The position numbers and the translations under genes were made by a program. The notes beneath the pieces were generated by a model that was given only the letters and a program-made list of their open reading frames with translations, searched no databases and had not been told where the DNA came from. From a virus (taxonomy: Duplodnaviria > Caudoviricetes), in IMG/VR virus record IMGVR_UViG_2030936005_000025, positions 96,001 through 160,000 of that record: a stretch of DNA of 64,000 nt, one strand, 5' to 3'. Of the stretch, positions 50,401 through 59,133 are shown piece by piece (position 1 is the first letter of the stretch; every line of letters starts with the position of its first letter).

Positions 50401-51279
50401 ATGTCAGAAATGATTGATCTCACTAATGTGGATCTTGGTGTGGAAAATTTAGGTGAAATGTGGGTCGACTTTATTGCGCGATGCACACCTCACCAAGCTA
50501 CACTATTCAACGAGTCGTATAATTTAATTGCGATTTCGTTCCCTGAAAGCTTTATTGATAATACCCTTAACCAGATGTTCATCGATGAATCTCTGGATAC
50601 GTCAGAATTAATGGCACACGTCAGAGTGCTGTTTATTAACACGATCATCGACGCGTTACAGATGATGGGAATTATCATTGACAAAGACTACGTTGAACTC
50701 AATACCTTATCTGAGCTCAAAAGTATTCTTGATACAATCTATCTCTTTGATGGATTGACTGATTTGTTAGGTCTGGTTCAGATTCTTAATGATGAGGAAC
50801 TAGACTGTAAAGATCGTTTCATTCAGGTTGTTCAAATGACGCAACCTCAATACGATATGAGCAACGCTGATTACTTCATTAGTGAAGTATCACCTAACAC
50901 CATTCGTGGTATTCTTATCGGTCTGAACGTCATTGATGAAGATGATACGACGTATGTGGATCATACTGTTCGTGATCGTATTCGTGCTAACAAGATGTTC
51001 TTGTCTGGCACCTGTGGTGGTCAGCACGTGGTTGACGAAGGTGGATTAGGTCAACCGGTAGATGGATATCTGAAGATCTTCATGAGTGAACTGGCCAGTA
51101 ACTTAGCCACTGACTCTAACAAGTATTTAACCAACGTACTCTCATTGATGATTATCTCTTCATTGACTGACTCTCAGATTCAAGGACAGTTCTCTGCTTT
51201 GATCGAAGACCAGACCAACACCATTGAAGAAGCGTATAAAGCAATGGAGATTATGAAGAAGGTGAAGTTAAATGCATAA
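50401..51279 (+). CDS. Conserved acidic hypothetical protein upstream of the vRNAP subunit
   Basis: 292 aa; overlaps the next gene by 8 bp. Confidence 0.65.
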   Translation: MSEMIDLTNVDLGVENLGEMWVDFIARCTPHQATLFNESYNLIAISFPESFIDNTLNQMFIDESLDTSELMAHVRVLFINTIIDALQMMGIIIDKDYVELNTLSELKSILDTIYLFDGLTDLLGLVQILNDEELDCKDRFIQVVQMTQPQYDMSNADYFISEVSPNTIRGILIGLNVIDEDDTTYVDHTVRDRIRANKMFLSGTCGGQHVVDEGGLGQPVDGYLKIFMSELASNLATDSNKYLTNVLSLMIISSLTDSQIQGQFSALIEDQTNTIEEAYKAMEIMKKVKLNA

Positions 51280-52582
51280 GCTTGATTTCCTGTTTCATGC
51301 GTTCAAGAATCGAGCGTATACCAGAAAGACCTTTCTCTTATCCATCTTCAGTTTGGTGCACGATACACCGAACAACAATAAGAAGTTGGCTGACGTTCCT
51401 TTTGCTGTGTTCCGTGATAATGAGAAGAAAGAACTCTACTTTATCGATGAGAACAAACAGCGTGTGGTGATTGAAGGTCACGATGATTTCAGTCGTCCTC
51501 TCTTTTATAAGAACGACCCGATTACCATTGACATGGATACGGTGGATTTCGTTAAAGAGAAGATCCAAACCACCATCGGTATCTTCCTGACCAACATCGT
51601 TGTACTGTATGAGTCCTTCGGGACTCGCACCAGTTATATTAACGGTAAGATCAGTGGTGGTACCATCATGGGTGTTATCGACGGTTTGATGGTTGATAAC
51701 CCGACTCCTGATAAACCTGTTCCAGAAGGTAAAGCTTCTGTGAATGATTGTCTCAAGGTCACTAAGCAATTAGATTACCTGGAAGGCATGAACAACGTGT
51801 TTGTTAAAGCGTCTTCTATTGATGTCCTGACAGTTCATCCAGAGGTTATTGCTTTACGTGATAAACTCTTAAAGGGACTCGAAGACAATGGTAAGCTTGA
51901 CGACCCTACTGCAGTCGCTTTGGCTATTGATGAAGTTATTGCACTCGATGCCAAGATCCAGTACTCAGGACCTTCTGCGGACTTCTTCATTAACGGTAAG
52001 TTTATTGATAACGCCCGTAAGAAGATGTTTATTATCTTTGATATGGTTCCTGATTTTAATACAGGTAAGTACCAACTTCTTAGGAAGTCTCTGAACGAAG
52101 GCTGGGACAAAGACCACTATCCAGAATACATCAACACCGCAATCTCTGCGTCATTTGACCGTGGTAACGCAACCGGTGAAGGTGGTGCAGAAGTTAAGGT
52201 AGCTATCCTCTTAACCAACCGTATCATGATTGGTGGAGATGACTGTGGGTCACCGCGTACTGAATCGGTTAAACTCTCCAAGCACAACTTTAAAGGTTGG
52301 GTAGGCGGTTACCATTTAGTTGATGGCAAGCCTGTCCTACTTGGTAAGGGTGATGATAAGCTGATTGGTACTTCAGTCAATATGCGTGTTCCTCAGTTCT
52401 GTCAGCAAGCAGAAGACAACCTGTGTAAGACTTGTGCGGGTAATAAACTGGGGGCAATTGAAACACGTGTATCAGCAGAAACTGTTTACATCTTTACTCA
52501 GTTCATGTTGACAAGGATGAAGGCCATGCACGTCTCTCAGCTGAAAACCATCACCATGACGATGGATCAGATTCTGCGATAA
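51272..52582 (+). CDS. Virion RNA polymerase beta' subunit fragment (phiKZ gp80-like)
   Basis: beta' Zn site DCGS...RVPQFC...CKTCAG, a bridge-helix-like region, and a trigger-loop-like TQFMLTRMKAMH. Confidence 0.85.
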   Translation: MHKLDFLFHAFKNRAYTRKTFLLSIFSLVHDTPNNNKKLADVPFAVFRDNEKKELYFIDENKQRVVIEGHDDFSRPLFYKNDPITIDMDTVDFVKEKIQTTIGIFLTNIVVLYESFGTRTSYINGKISGGTIMGVIDGLMVDNPTPDKPVPEGKASVNDCLKVTKQLDYLEGMNNVFVKASSIDVLTVHPEVIALRDKLLKGLEDNGKLDDPTAVALAIDEVIALDAKIQYSGPSADFFINGKFIDNARKKMFIIFDMVPDFNTGKYQLLRKSLNEGWDKDHYPEYINTAISASFDRGNATGEGGAEVKVAILLTNRIMIGGDDCGSPRTESVKLSKHNFKGWVGGYHLVDGKPVLLGKGDDKLIGTSVNMRVPQFCQQAEDNLCKTCAGNKLGAIETRVSAETVYIFTQFMLTRMKAMHVSQLKTITMTMDQILR

Positions 52583-52600
52583 AAAAAATAGATAAAGACT

Positions 52601-52628
52601 AACCCTACTTCCTCATGGAAGTAGGGTT
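52601..52628. terminator. CTAC/GTAG-family hairpin at a convergent junction
   Basis: AACCCTACTTCC-tcat-GGAAGTAGGGTT, perfect 12-bp stem. Confidence 0.8.
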
Positions 52629-52631
52629 ATG

Positions 52632-53087
52632 TTATCCCATTAGGGCATTAATCGCTTTCAATACCTGATGAGGTTTAACTGGCATGATGGATCTAGGGAG
52701 ATCTTCTCGTAAAGTATGGATCTCAATATATCCAGCTGAGTAAAAATTACTCAGTGCGATAAGTAATTCACCACCAGTAACTCCTGACCGTTCAAACATA
52801 TCCGCGCTTGAATCAAGTTTGATTACAACAGCCGGTAAATATGGATGATAGATAACCTTTAATCCACGTTCGTCGTGTTCATGACGAGTGAGCGGATTAC
52901 GAATAGCGCTCCAGCGAACTTCTACTTTGGCTTCTGGATGAACTTGGGGTAAAGTAAACATGTTCTTTATTTGACTGTGATAACAAAGATTCTTGAAATC
53001 ATGCAGGAACTGTTTTCTGTGACTGGTAAACAAAGCTTCATTAATTAAATCTTTAAAGTTCTGCTCAGTTGCATTTACTGATTTCAT
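52632..53087 (-). CDS. Accessory hypothetical protein
   Basis: 151 aa; AGGA SD; bracketed by hairpins. Confidence 0.6.
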   Translation of the reverse strand: MKSVNATEQNFKDLINEALFTSHRKQFLHDFKNLCYHSQIKNMFTLPQVHPEAKVEVRWSAIRNPLTRHEHDERGLKVIYHPYLPAVVIKLDSSADMFERSGVTGGELLIALSNFYSAGYIEIHTLREDLPRSIMPVKPHQVLKAINALMG

Positions 53088-53118
53088 TTTGTTTCCTAAA
53101 AATAAATAGATGATGTAA

Positions 53119-53144
53119 CCTACCCTTCCTTTCGGAAGGGTAGG
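53119..53144. terminator. CTAC/GTAG-family hairpin at a tandem junction
   Basis: CCTACCCTTCC-tttc-GGAAGGGTAGG, perfect 11-bp stem. Confidence 0.8.
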
Positions 53145-53151
53145 GAGTTAA

Positions 53152-53622
53152 TCAGTCTTTGTTCGTTGAGGCATCGGTATGAGCATTCATTGAAAACAAA
53201 GCAGTCAGATCGTAATTGATCCCTTTGTTAAGATACTCGTTCAAATAAACAATCGGTGTGATGTGTTCAGCACCTGTTGGAATTAAAACAGAGTTGATCT
53301 TCAACGTTCGATTGTAAAGGTACGTGGTAACTTCGTTCACATGGAGAATGAGAGTTCCAGTAATCGAACTTGGAATATCGCCTTCTCCCCAGGTAGAGAC
53401 CTTGGCCCTGTGAACCACACCGAGATCAATTGAACCCGCTCTGGTAGTCAAGTAAAGGTGTTCACCTGCAAATGAGTTGATAACCTTTTCAACTGTCTGC
53501 AGTTCAGTTCTTTTCTGAATGTCAGTTTGAGGGATAGACTTATCCAGGTGATGAGCAAACAGATTCAGGAAAAAGAATTTACCGTCATCTGTTTTAGTTA
53601 AGCGAGTGGTAATATGATCCAT
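53152..53622 (-). CDS. Accessory hypothetical protein
   Basis: 156-aa ORF. Confidence 0.6.
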   Translation of the reverse strand: MDHITTRLTKTDDGKFFFLNLFAHHLDKSIPQTDIQKRTELQTVEKVINSFAGEHLYLTTRAGSIDLGVVHRAKVSTWGEGDIPSSITGTLILHVNEVTTYLYNRTLKINSVLIPTGAEHITPIVYLNEYLNKGINYDLTALFSMNAHTDASTNKD

Positions 53623-53629
53623 TGCTTTA

Positions 53630-54211
53630 TTACTCTTCGGTTGGAAGTTCAGCGTTCAGAATCTTTACAGTTTTCTCAATCACGTCAGTCTCCGCTTCTG
53701 ACTTGTTCAGCTTCCATTCCAGGTTCTGGAAATGACACTGATGAGAATGACCATCCAGATGGATAACCTGCAGTTCAGACTGATCGATACCTTTATAGAT
53801 ATCCGGTACAGTCAGGAAGGTAGACGCTACAGCACGCGCGATCTGCAGAGTGTGTTGGTTACCCAGGATAGTCAGAGAAGCCTGAGGACCACCTTCTGCC
53901 GATTCACCGTAGTTGATGTGGAGATCACCATCCACTTCATACGCCAGCGCACCTTTGATTGACACCATGACAGTATCCGTTTTCAGGATAATACCATTGG
54001 TCCAGTAATACGTCAGAGGAGCCCAGACATCAAACTTGGGATCGTTGGCAATACCGTGACGGATGTACTCTTCATTGGCCAGCTTCTGCTCAGCTTCGGG
54101 CAGAATAGCGGCGCTGGATGCATCCAGTTGAGTATCACGGTTATCGAAAACCAGAGAGACCAGAGTGGGGAGGCTTGCCAGGGTTTTCTTTTCATGAACA
54201 ATAACGGACAT
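53630..54211 (-). CDS. Accessory hypothetical protein
   Basis: 193 aa; AAGGAG SD. Confidence 0.65.
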   Translation of the reverse strand: MSVIVHEKKTLASLPTLVSLVFDNRDTQLDASSAAILPEAEQKLANEEYIRHGIANDPKFDVWAPLTYYWTNGIILKTDTVMVSIKGALAYEVDGDLHINYGESAEGGPQASLTILGNQHTLQIARAVASTFLTVPDIYKGIDQSELQVIHLDGHSHQCHFQNLEWKLNKSEAETDVIEKTVKILNAELPTEE

Positions 54212-54257
54212 GTACTACTCCTTTACGTGGTGGGGTAAAAACAAAGTGAGTAAATAG

Positions 54258-54287
54258 ACCTACCTTACCCAAGATGGTAAGGTAGGT
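54258..54287. terminator. CTAC/GTAG-family hairpin at a tandem junction
   Basis: ACCTACCTTACC-caagat-GGTAAGGTAGGT, perfect 12-bp stem. Confidence 0.8.
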
Positions 54288-54293
54288 TATTAA

Positions 54294-54818
54294 TTATGCG
54301 GCAACAGGTTCAGCTTCTGGGGTAGAGATGATGGTGACAGACAACACTTCATTTTTGGTATCGTAGAAGTAGGTGAACAACTCGATACGGTTGAAGTATT
54401 CCATTTCACCGTGCAGGGTTACCACATCCTGATTGAATTCATCGGCGGCAACTTCAGCGGCAAACTTCGCAACGATCGCCTGGAAGATCTCTTCGTACTT
54501 GGCGTACTCAGGGTTGTCTTCTGGGTCGATTTCAGCGACACCTTCGGTTTCATCAGACTGACCGTGAGCAACCAGCGCAAACACGGTGTTCGCGGTAACC
54601 TGGGATTCATGATCCAACTGATCGTCTTCTTCGGTCTGATTTTCATCAGAACCTGCCACCGGCAGTGGTTTCACGAATACGATGTTCATCGCACCTTCCA
54701 GTGCAACGTGAATCTGTTCTGGGTTCAGACCTTCAAACAGGTCAGCAAAGTCGCGAACTTTGAACTTATAGCTTACAGCTTGTTCAGGAATGATTGCATT
54801 GGTTGATTTGCTTAACAT
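54294..54818 (-). CDS. Highly acidic accessory protein
   Basis: Start revised to MLSKST (54818; GGAG SD); strong codon bias; D/E-rich. Confidence 0.65.
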   Translation of the reverse strand: MLSKSTNAIIPEQAVSYKFKVRDFADLFEGLNPEQIHVALEGAMNIVFVKPLPVAGSDENQTEEDDQLDHESQVTANTVFALVAHGQSDETEGVAEIDPEDNPEYAKYEEIFQAIVAKFAAEVAADEFNQDVVTLHGEMEYFNRIELFTYFYDTKNEVLSVTIISTPEAEPVAA

Positions 54819-54846
54819 GACGTTCTCCATAATAAAGTTGGGTGTG

Positions 54847-55227
54847 TTACCAAAGTGTCCACGCGGTTTCACTTGGGTCTACATATAGTTGGATCTTTGT
54901 AAATTGTTTACTGACGTGGTAATCATATTTAAGATAGAACTCCCCGCTGCAGAGCAGGGATTGGTATGTCAGGTTAGTTGACAGTTCTTCTACACGCTTT
55001 CTTATCTCAGCGTAAATGATTTCCACGTTTGGTTTATCAAGGATATCTAATGTCGAATGAAGGTAGCCCAAGAGCACGCCATTCAATTCACATTCACCTG
55101 TTACACCTAACATGAGTTTCTCACCCATGATATAAACAATTAGCTCATCGAGATGCATACGATGTGTGTGAGCCGCCGTATGTATGTCGACATTACGATA
55201 GGTATAACTGACTATTTCCATTTGCAT
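54847..55227 (-). CDS. Accessory hypothetical protein
   Basis: 126-aa ORF overlapping the upstream gene. Confidence 0.6.
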   Translation of the reverse strand: MQMEIVSYTYRNVDIHTAAHTHRMHLDELIVYIMGEKLMLGVTGECELNGVLLGYLHSTLDILDKPNVEIIYAEIRKRVEELSTNLTYQSLLCSGEFYLKYDYHVSKQFTKIQLYVDPSETAWTLW

Positions 55228-55609
55228 TGATAGGGTTCTCGGCTACGCACAAGCGGATAAGATTCGGATACCAGAACGGCATGATATCGGCAATGTCATC
55301 TACCTGATTTGTAAATTCCTCCATTTCTAACCAATACGTGGCAAGGATGACTTCAAGCTGATCAACCACAGCGTCATATATTTGTGCAAAAGGATCCTGA
55401 CCAAATTCGTCATGACCAATTAACTCACAAAGGTGATCGCCAATGGTTAACTTCGCATGTTCCTGCATGGTGATATCATCAAAGGGTAGACCCAGCTTTT
55501 TATGCTGATCTATCATAATCGATACACCATAGGCTAGTGCTTCCAGTATCGTTGTATCACTGATACCAGGAACACCAATACTAAACGAAACTAATTCAAG
55601 CTTTTGCAT
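55193..55609 (-). CDS. Acidic accessory hypothetical protein
   Basis: 138-aa ORF. Confidence 0.6.
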   Translation of the reverse strand: MQKLELVSFSIGVPGISDTTILEALAYGVSIMIDQHKKLGLPFDDITMQEHAKLTIGDHLCELIGHDEFGQDPFAQIYDAVVDQLEVILATYWLEMEEFTNQVDDIADIMPFWYPNLIRLCVAENPINANGNSQLYLS

Positions 55610-55627
55610 GTTACCGCCATAGACAGA

Positions 55628-55653
55628 ACCCTGGAGACCAAAGTCCCCAGAGT
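55628..55653 (-). terminator. Hairpin after the SF2 helicase gene
   Basis: Minus-strand RNA ACUCUGGGGAC-UUUG-GUCUCCAGGGU with G-U pairs. Confidence 0.6.
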
Positions 55654-55660
55654 CATGTTG

Positions 55661-57205
55661 TTAAATACGTGAACCGCTGTCTATCAACGTAAACTTCTTC
55701 ATCTTCTTATCAAAGATTATTTTGCGCTTCCTGTGATAGTCCACCTGCTTAGGAATATCCGGACACACAAAGTAAACAAAGATAGGATCAAGATCAGGCC
55801 ACCATTTGTCAATCGGACGCGTACGTCCAACCATCTGGTCATTACGTTGTGAGGAACTCACAGCAATAGGGCTAAACACGACGTAGAGCATCGGAATGTC
55901 TTTACCGGTACCACAAGAGCCTGGCGTTGTTATAACGACCTGGTGTTCACGGTAGGCGGTCTTCGTTTCCTTCTTCTTACTCTGTTCCCCAGTAAACACA
56001 ATTGCATCAAGATCAGGTTGATCAAGTTTCAATCGATCCAGGAACATTTGACACATCTCAATCGTCGCAAAGAACCACATTGCCTTCTGGCCTTCACGAT
56101 AAGTATCGAAGTAATAGATTTTAAACGACTCTGCAAGCATTAAGTAATACTGTTCAAAGACGTACTTATTCTTCATGATCGCTTGTTCAAACTTCACATG
56201 AGAATAGCCACCAAATCCCTTGGTGTTAATTCGATACTTATTGACATCCATGCGATGCGTATACGCAATAACGTGGATGTACTTCGTGTACTCCGGTGGT
56301 CTCAGATAAGACTTAGCGGGGAAGATCTGACTATAGATACCGTTGATGAAATCATCGTCGCCCTGAAGAGTCGCTGAGAGCGCTGCGGTTTTGGCGTGAT
56401 TCCCAAACATCAATGACATATACACAGAGTAAATCGATTCGTGTGCTTCATCGATGATACGATATCCACAACCTAAGTCTCGATAAACTTCATCCAGACA
56501 AGGTAGTGAGGGATCTTCTTTTGTACGTTTTAAATACACATCAATCTTTGTCAATGGCAAGATAATAAAGGAAGGGTTGATAAGTCCCTCTCTCATTGCC
56601 TTATGCGTTTCCTCAACAGAGTGTTTATCAACAATCAAAATGTCTGTCGGGTGAACATCCAAAAACTCGGCGATGGTTTTAACCCAGATATCCACATAAC
56701 GAGGCAACACCGTAATCAGTGTACGCTTCTGTAACAGATATGCAGTATAGATAGCCATAAAGCTTTTACCGAAACCGGTTGTAGCGTTATTCACGACAAC
56801 TGGTGTGGGTCCGGTCATAAACTCAATGTAATCTTCCTGCAATTCATTACGTGGTTTGATGTTCGGGTTTTTCAGCTTGATGTTAGCGGTTGCGCCTGGA
56901 ATAACAGCTTCATCTTTAATGAGTATCCTGTTTTCGGCATAACCATTTGCTTTCATCAATTCAATCAGTTCAGGTAGTTTTTCTACGTTGAACCTTAGCT
57001 CGGTTTTATCAGTGTTGAACCGAGCGAATACATGACTGACTTCCATCTTGAAGGCATTCGGACCACCTCCAATAACGGGGACTTTCTGAACTCGATAAAA
57101 GTGTCGCTTACAAAAAGGAATGAGCACTTGCTTAACAAGTTCAGGCTTAAAGTCAGTCAAGCGAACATAGGAATTCGCTTTGTTAATCACCAGTGTTCGG
57201 CGCAT
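55661..57205 (-). CDS. SF2 DEAH-box helicase (UvsW-like, phiKZ gp75-like)
   Basis: Walker A ATTGFGKS, IIDEAH, motif III LSAT and motif VI QMVGRTR. Confidence 0.9.
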   Translation of the reverse strand: MRRTLVINKANSYVRLTDFKPELVKQVLIPFCKRHFYRVQKVPVIGGGPNAFKMEVSHVFARFNTDKTELRFNVEKLPELIELMKANGYAENRILIKDEAVIPGATANIKLKNPNIKPRNELQEDYIEFMTGPTPVVVNNATTGFGKSFMAIYTAYLLQKRTLITVLPRYVDIWVKTIAEFLDVHPTDILIVDKHSVEETHKAMREGLINPSFIILPLTKIDVYLKRTKEDPSLPCLDEVYRDLGCGYRIIDEAHESIYSVYMSLMFGNHAKTAALSATLQGDDDFINGIYSQIFPAKSYLRPPEYTKYIHVIAYTHRMDVNKYRINTKGFGGYSHVKFEQAIMKNKYVFEQYYLMLAESFKIYYFDTYREGQKAMWFFATIEMCQMFLDRLKLDQPDLDAIVFTGEQSKKKETKTAYREHQVVITTPGSCGTGKDIPMLYVVFSPIAVSSSQRNDQMVGRTRPIDKWWPDLDPIFVYFVCPDIPKQVDYHRKRKIIFDKKMKKFTLIDSGSRI

Positions 57206-57335
57206 CTGACAAACCTCTTTTATACTGAAACCCAGGGAATATGGGCGTCCAAAAGATACTTAGCTAACTGATTTGGACTCCAGTACTTTATAAATGCTAA
57301 TTCCTTTTAAGGGAAATCCTTTTCCCTTCAGCTAC

Positions 57336-57497
57336 TTATTGACTGATCCCAAACACTTCATAAGCCTTCGCTCTCAGCGCTTCCTTAATTTCTTCTTCTT
57401 TCCAATCAAGATCGAATCGTGAACAACTTTGAGTGATTGTATACCACTCGTTCACCAGCTTTTCGATAAGATCTTTTTTCTCTGTTTCGCCACCCAT
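57336..57497 (-). CDS. Small hypothetical protein absent from the ORF track (53 aa)
   Basis: Hand translation gives MGGETEKKDLIEKLVNEWYTITQSCSRFDLDWKEEEIKEALRAKAYEVFGISQ*, with GGA about 9 nt upstream; fills an otherwise empty gap. Confidence 0.6.
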   Translation of the reverse strand: MGGETEKKDLIEKLVNEWYTITQSCSRFDLDWKEEEIKEALRAKAYEVFGISQ

Positions 57498-57533
57498 GAT
57501 CGATTTCCATTAGGTTGTTCAGTTTAAATTCAA

Positions 57534-57893
57534 TTATTCCTGATTAGGGAACTCTTCGCTTTCCACAGACAGACCTGCTGAAGTGAAACCGTGACCAGTC
57601 ATCTTCACAGTACCTTCAGTAAGATCCAGTTCCAATACCAGCGCAATCGTTGCCGGTACTTCCGGTTCAGCATTACTGTATTGCAGAATCAGAATAGAAT
57701 CTGATTTCGCTTTCTCGAATGACGGAACCATTTGCTTTGGTTTATCAAACTCAACGATGATCTCGTCACCGTTCTTGATTTCCGTCAAGAAGAAGCTGAA
57801 CGCTTTGTTCACCAGAGAGGAAGGGAGTTTGGTGATAGTAGCTTCGGTAGGTGCGCCCAGTACCAGATCAACGTTCTCAATTTTTACTGACAT
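57534..57893 (-). CDS. Hypothetical protein, paralog of 57877..58263
   Basis: Shared VPSFxKxK and GxGF motifs. Confidence 0.65.
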   Translation of the reverse strand: MSVKIENVDLVLGAPTEATITKLPSSLVNKAFSFFLTEIKNGDEIIVEFDKPKQMVPSFEKAKSDSILILQYSNAEPEVPATIALVLELDLTEGTVKMTGHGFTSAGLSVESEEFPNQE

Positions 57894-58263
57894 CTTTACT
57901 TTCCTTATTTAAACGGTACATGTGAATAACGACGAATTCGAAACCTTTACCATCTACAGTAATTTCTTTGGTTTCAATATTGATTTGGGCCGTGATCTTA
58001 ATCTTAGCATCATCAGCAGGAGTACGACTCGCCCACATATTAATGAGGGTGGTCTTTTCTTTCGACTTATCAAAAGACGGAACAAATTCTTTCTCTGGGA
58101 ATGCCGCACAGGCAAAGTCTTTACCTGAATACTTAACAAGAGAGCATGACGCTAATACAAAGATACAATTCTCATCCAGATCGTCCGGGATAATAAATGG
58201 TTTCTTTTTAGAGACAATATATCTCGTTGGCAAACCCATGGATATGTGGTGTACAAAGCTCAT
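57877..58263 (-). CDS. Hypothetical protein, paralog of 57534..57893
   Basis: Shared VPSFxKxK and GxGF motifs; promoter-like motif upstream. Confidence 0.65.
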   Translation of the reverse strand: MSFVHHISMGLPTRYIVSKKKPFIIPDDLDENCIFVLASCSLVKYSGKDFACAAFPEKEFVPSFDKSKEKTTLINMWASRTPADDAKIKITAQINIETKEITVDGKGFEFVVIHMYRLNKESKDVSKN

Positions 58264-58293
58264 AATGAAATCTTCTTTGTGATTGACTACACA

Positions 58294-58315
58294 ATGATAA
58301 TATATGTTTCAAAAT
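58294..58315 (-). promoter_or_regulatory. Candidate early promoter, copy 3
   Basis: Minus strand ATTTTGAAACATATATTATCAT, just past a hairpin and upstream of ORF 58263. Confidence 0.55.
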
Positions 58316-58318
58316 AAA

Positions 58319-58348
58319 TACCCACTTCCCTTTTACAGGAAGTGAGTA
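58319..58348 (-). terminator. Degenerate CTAC/GTAG-family hairpin
   Basis: TACCCACTTCC...GGAAGTGAGTA; the mismatch is G-U on the minus strand. Confidence 0.65.
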
Positions 58349-58351
58349 GGG

Positions 58352-58597
58352 TTATTGTGAAAACACTTGCATAGTCCAGCCGCTCTTTCCTTCCATGGCA
58401 GCCACATCGATCGTGCCGATATAGTTGTCCATGCTTAAAGGAAAGACATAATCTTTATAAGCAGGGTTGACGACAGTGAAGCCGTCTTCGGTAATTGTTG
58501 CTACCGTTTCAACAAAAGGTGCTTGCTGAATACCGCCTGCTTTAGATTTGATTTCGATCAACTGACCAGGAAGAATATCAAGAATCGATTTGAGCAT
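58352..58597 (-). CDS. Small hypothetical protein, SH3/Sm-like beta pattern
   Basis: 81 aa; overlaps the higA-like gene end; fold guess only. Confidence 0.55.
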   Translation of the reverse strand: MLKSILDILPGQLIEIKSKAGGIQQAPFVETVATITEDGFTVVNPAYKDYVFPLSMDNYIGTIDVAAMEGKSGWTMQVFSQ

Positions 58598-58910
58598 CTT
58601 CGCGATTTTCCGTTATGGATTTATCAAAGTAAGGTTTCAATTTCTGAATCTCAGCATCCAACTTTTTATCCTGTTTTGCAACAGCGATATCGTGAGTGGT
58701 TTGCATGTTGATCCAAAACATCGGTGTAGTACCGAATACCTTAGCTAAGCGTAAAGCCATGTCGGTTGACAGCGCACTCTTGCCGTTAATCAAACGGCTT
58801 ACCGTTCCCGGTGAAACACCCAGTGCATCTGACACTTTACTCAGTGAGATGCCATAGGGTTTCATGTATTCTTCTCTCAGAATCTCGCCCGGCGTGGATG
58901 GTGTTCTCAT
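58578..58910 (-). CDS. higA: HigA-family HTH antitoxin/transcriptional regulator (orphan)
   Basis: TPGEILREEYMKPYGIS...ALGVSPGTVSRLINGK..LSTDMALRLAKVFGTTPMFWINMQ is the canonical HigA/VapI pattern; start 58910 by TAATG coupling and GGAGG SD. Confidence 0.85.
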   Translation of the reverse strand: MRTPSTPGEILREEYMKPYGISLSKVSDALGVSPGTVSRLINGKSALSTDMALRLAKVFGTTPMFWINMQTTHDIAVAKQDKKLDAEIQKLKPYFDKSITENREDAQIDS

Positions 58911-59119
58911 TACTGACCTCCTGGCCAAGTGAACGCATCTGACTTACCAGTCAGCACACGCCAAGCAGAACGCACACGGTTCTTGAACCCTGCCCATCCT
59001 TGATATCCTTTTGGACGGCACGCAACCCACTTCCCTTTGATACAACACTGGGATTCATGAATCGCTTTTAACAGATCATCGAATTTGTATTCCATGACGG
59101 TCACCCTAATAGCGGACAT
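58910..59119 (-). CDS. Small basic Trp-rich hypothetical phage protein
   Basis: WVACRP...RVRSAWRVLTGKSDAFTWPG; not RelE/HigB-like by eye. Confidence 0.6.
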   Translation of the reverse strand: MSAIRVTVMEYKFDDLLKAIHESQCCIKGKWVACRPKGYQGWAGFKNRVRSAWRVLTGKSDAFTWPGGQ

Positions 59120-59133
59120 CCTTGTCCAATTAA

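Noticed and set aside
2623-50401. Many late genes start with T-ATG, matching the TATG late promoter (leaderless mRNAs)
   Set aside because: Most of these genes have good SD sequences and AT-rich spacers, so T before ATG is expected by chance.
58910-59119. Upstream small basic gene as the cognate HigB toxin
   Set aside because: At 69 aa it is short and lacks a recognisable RelE/HigB pattern; not excluded without a structure search.
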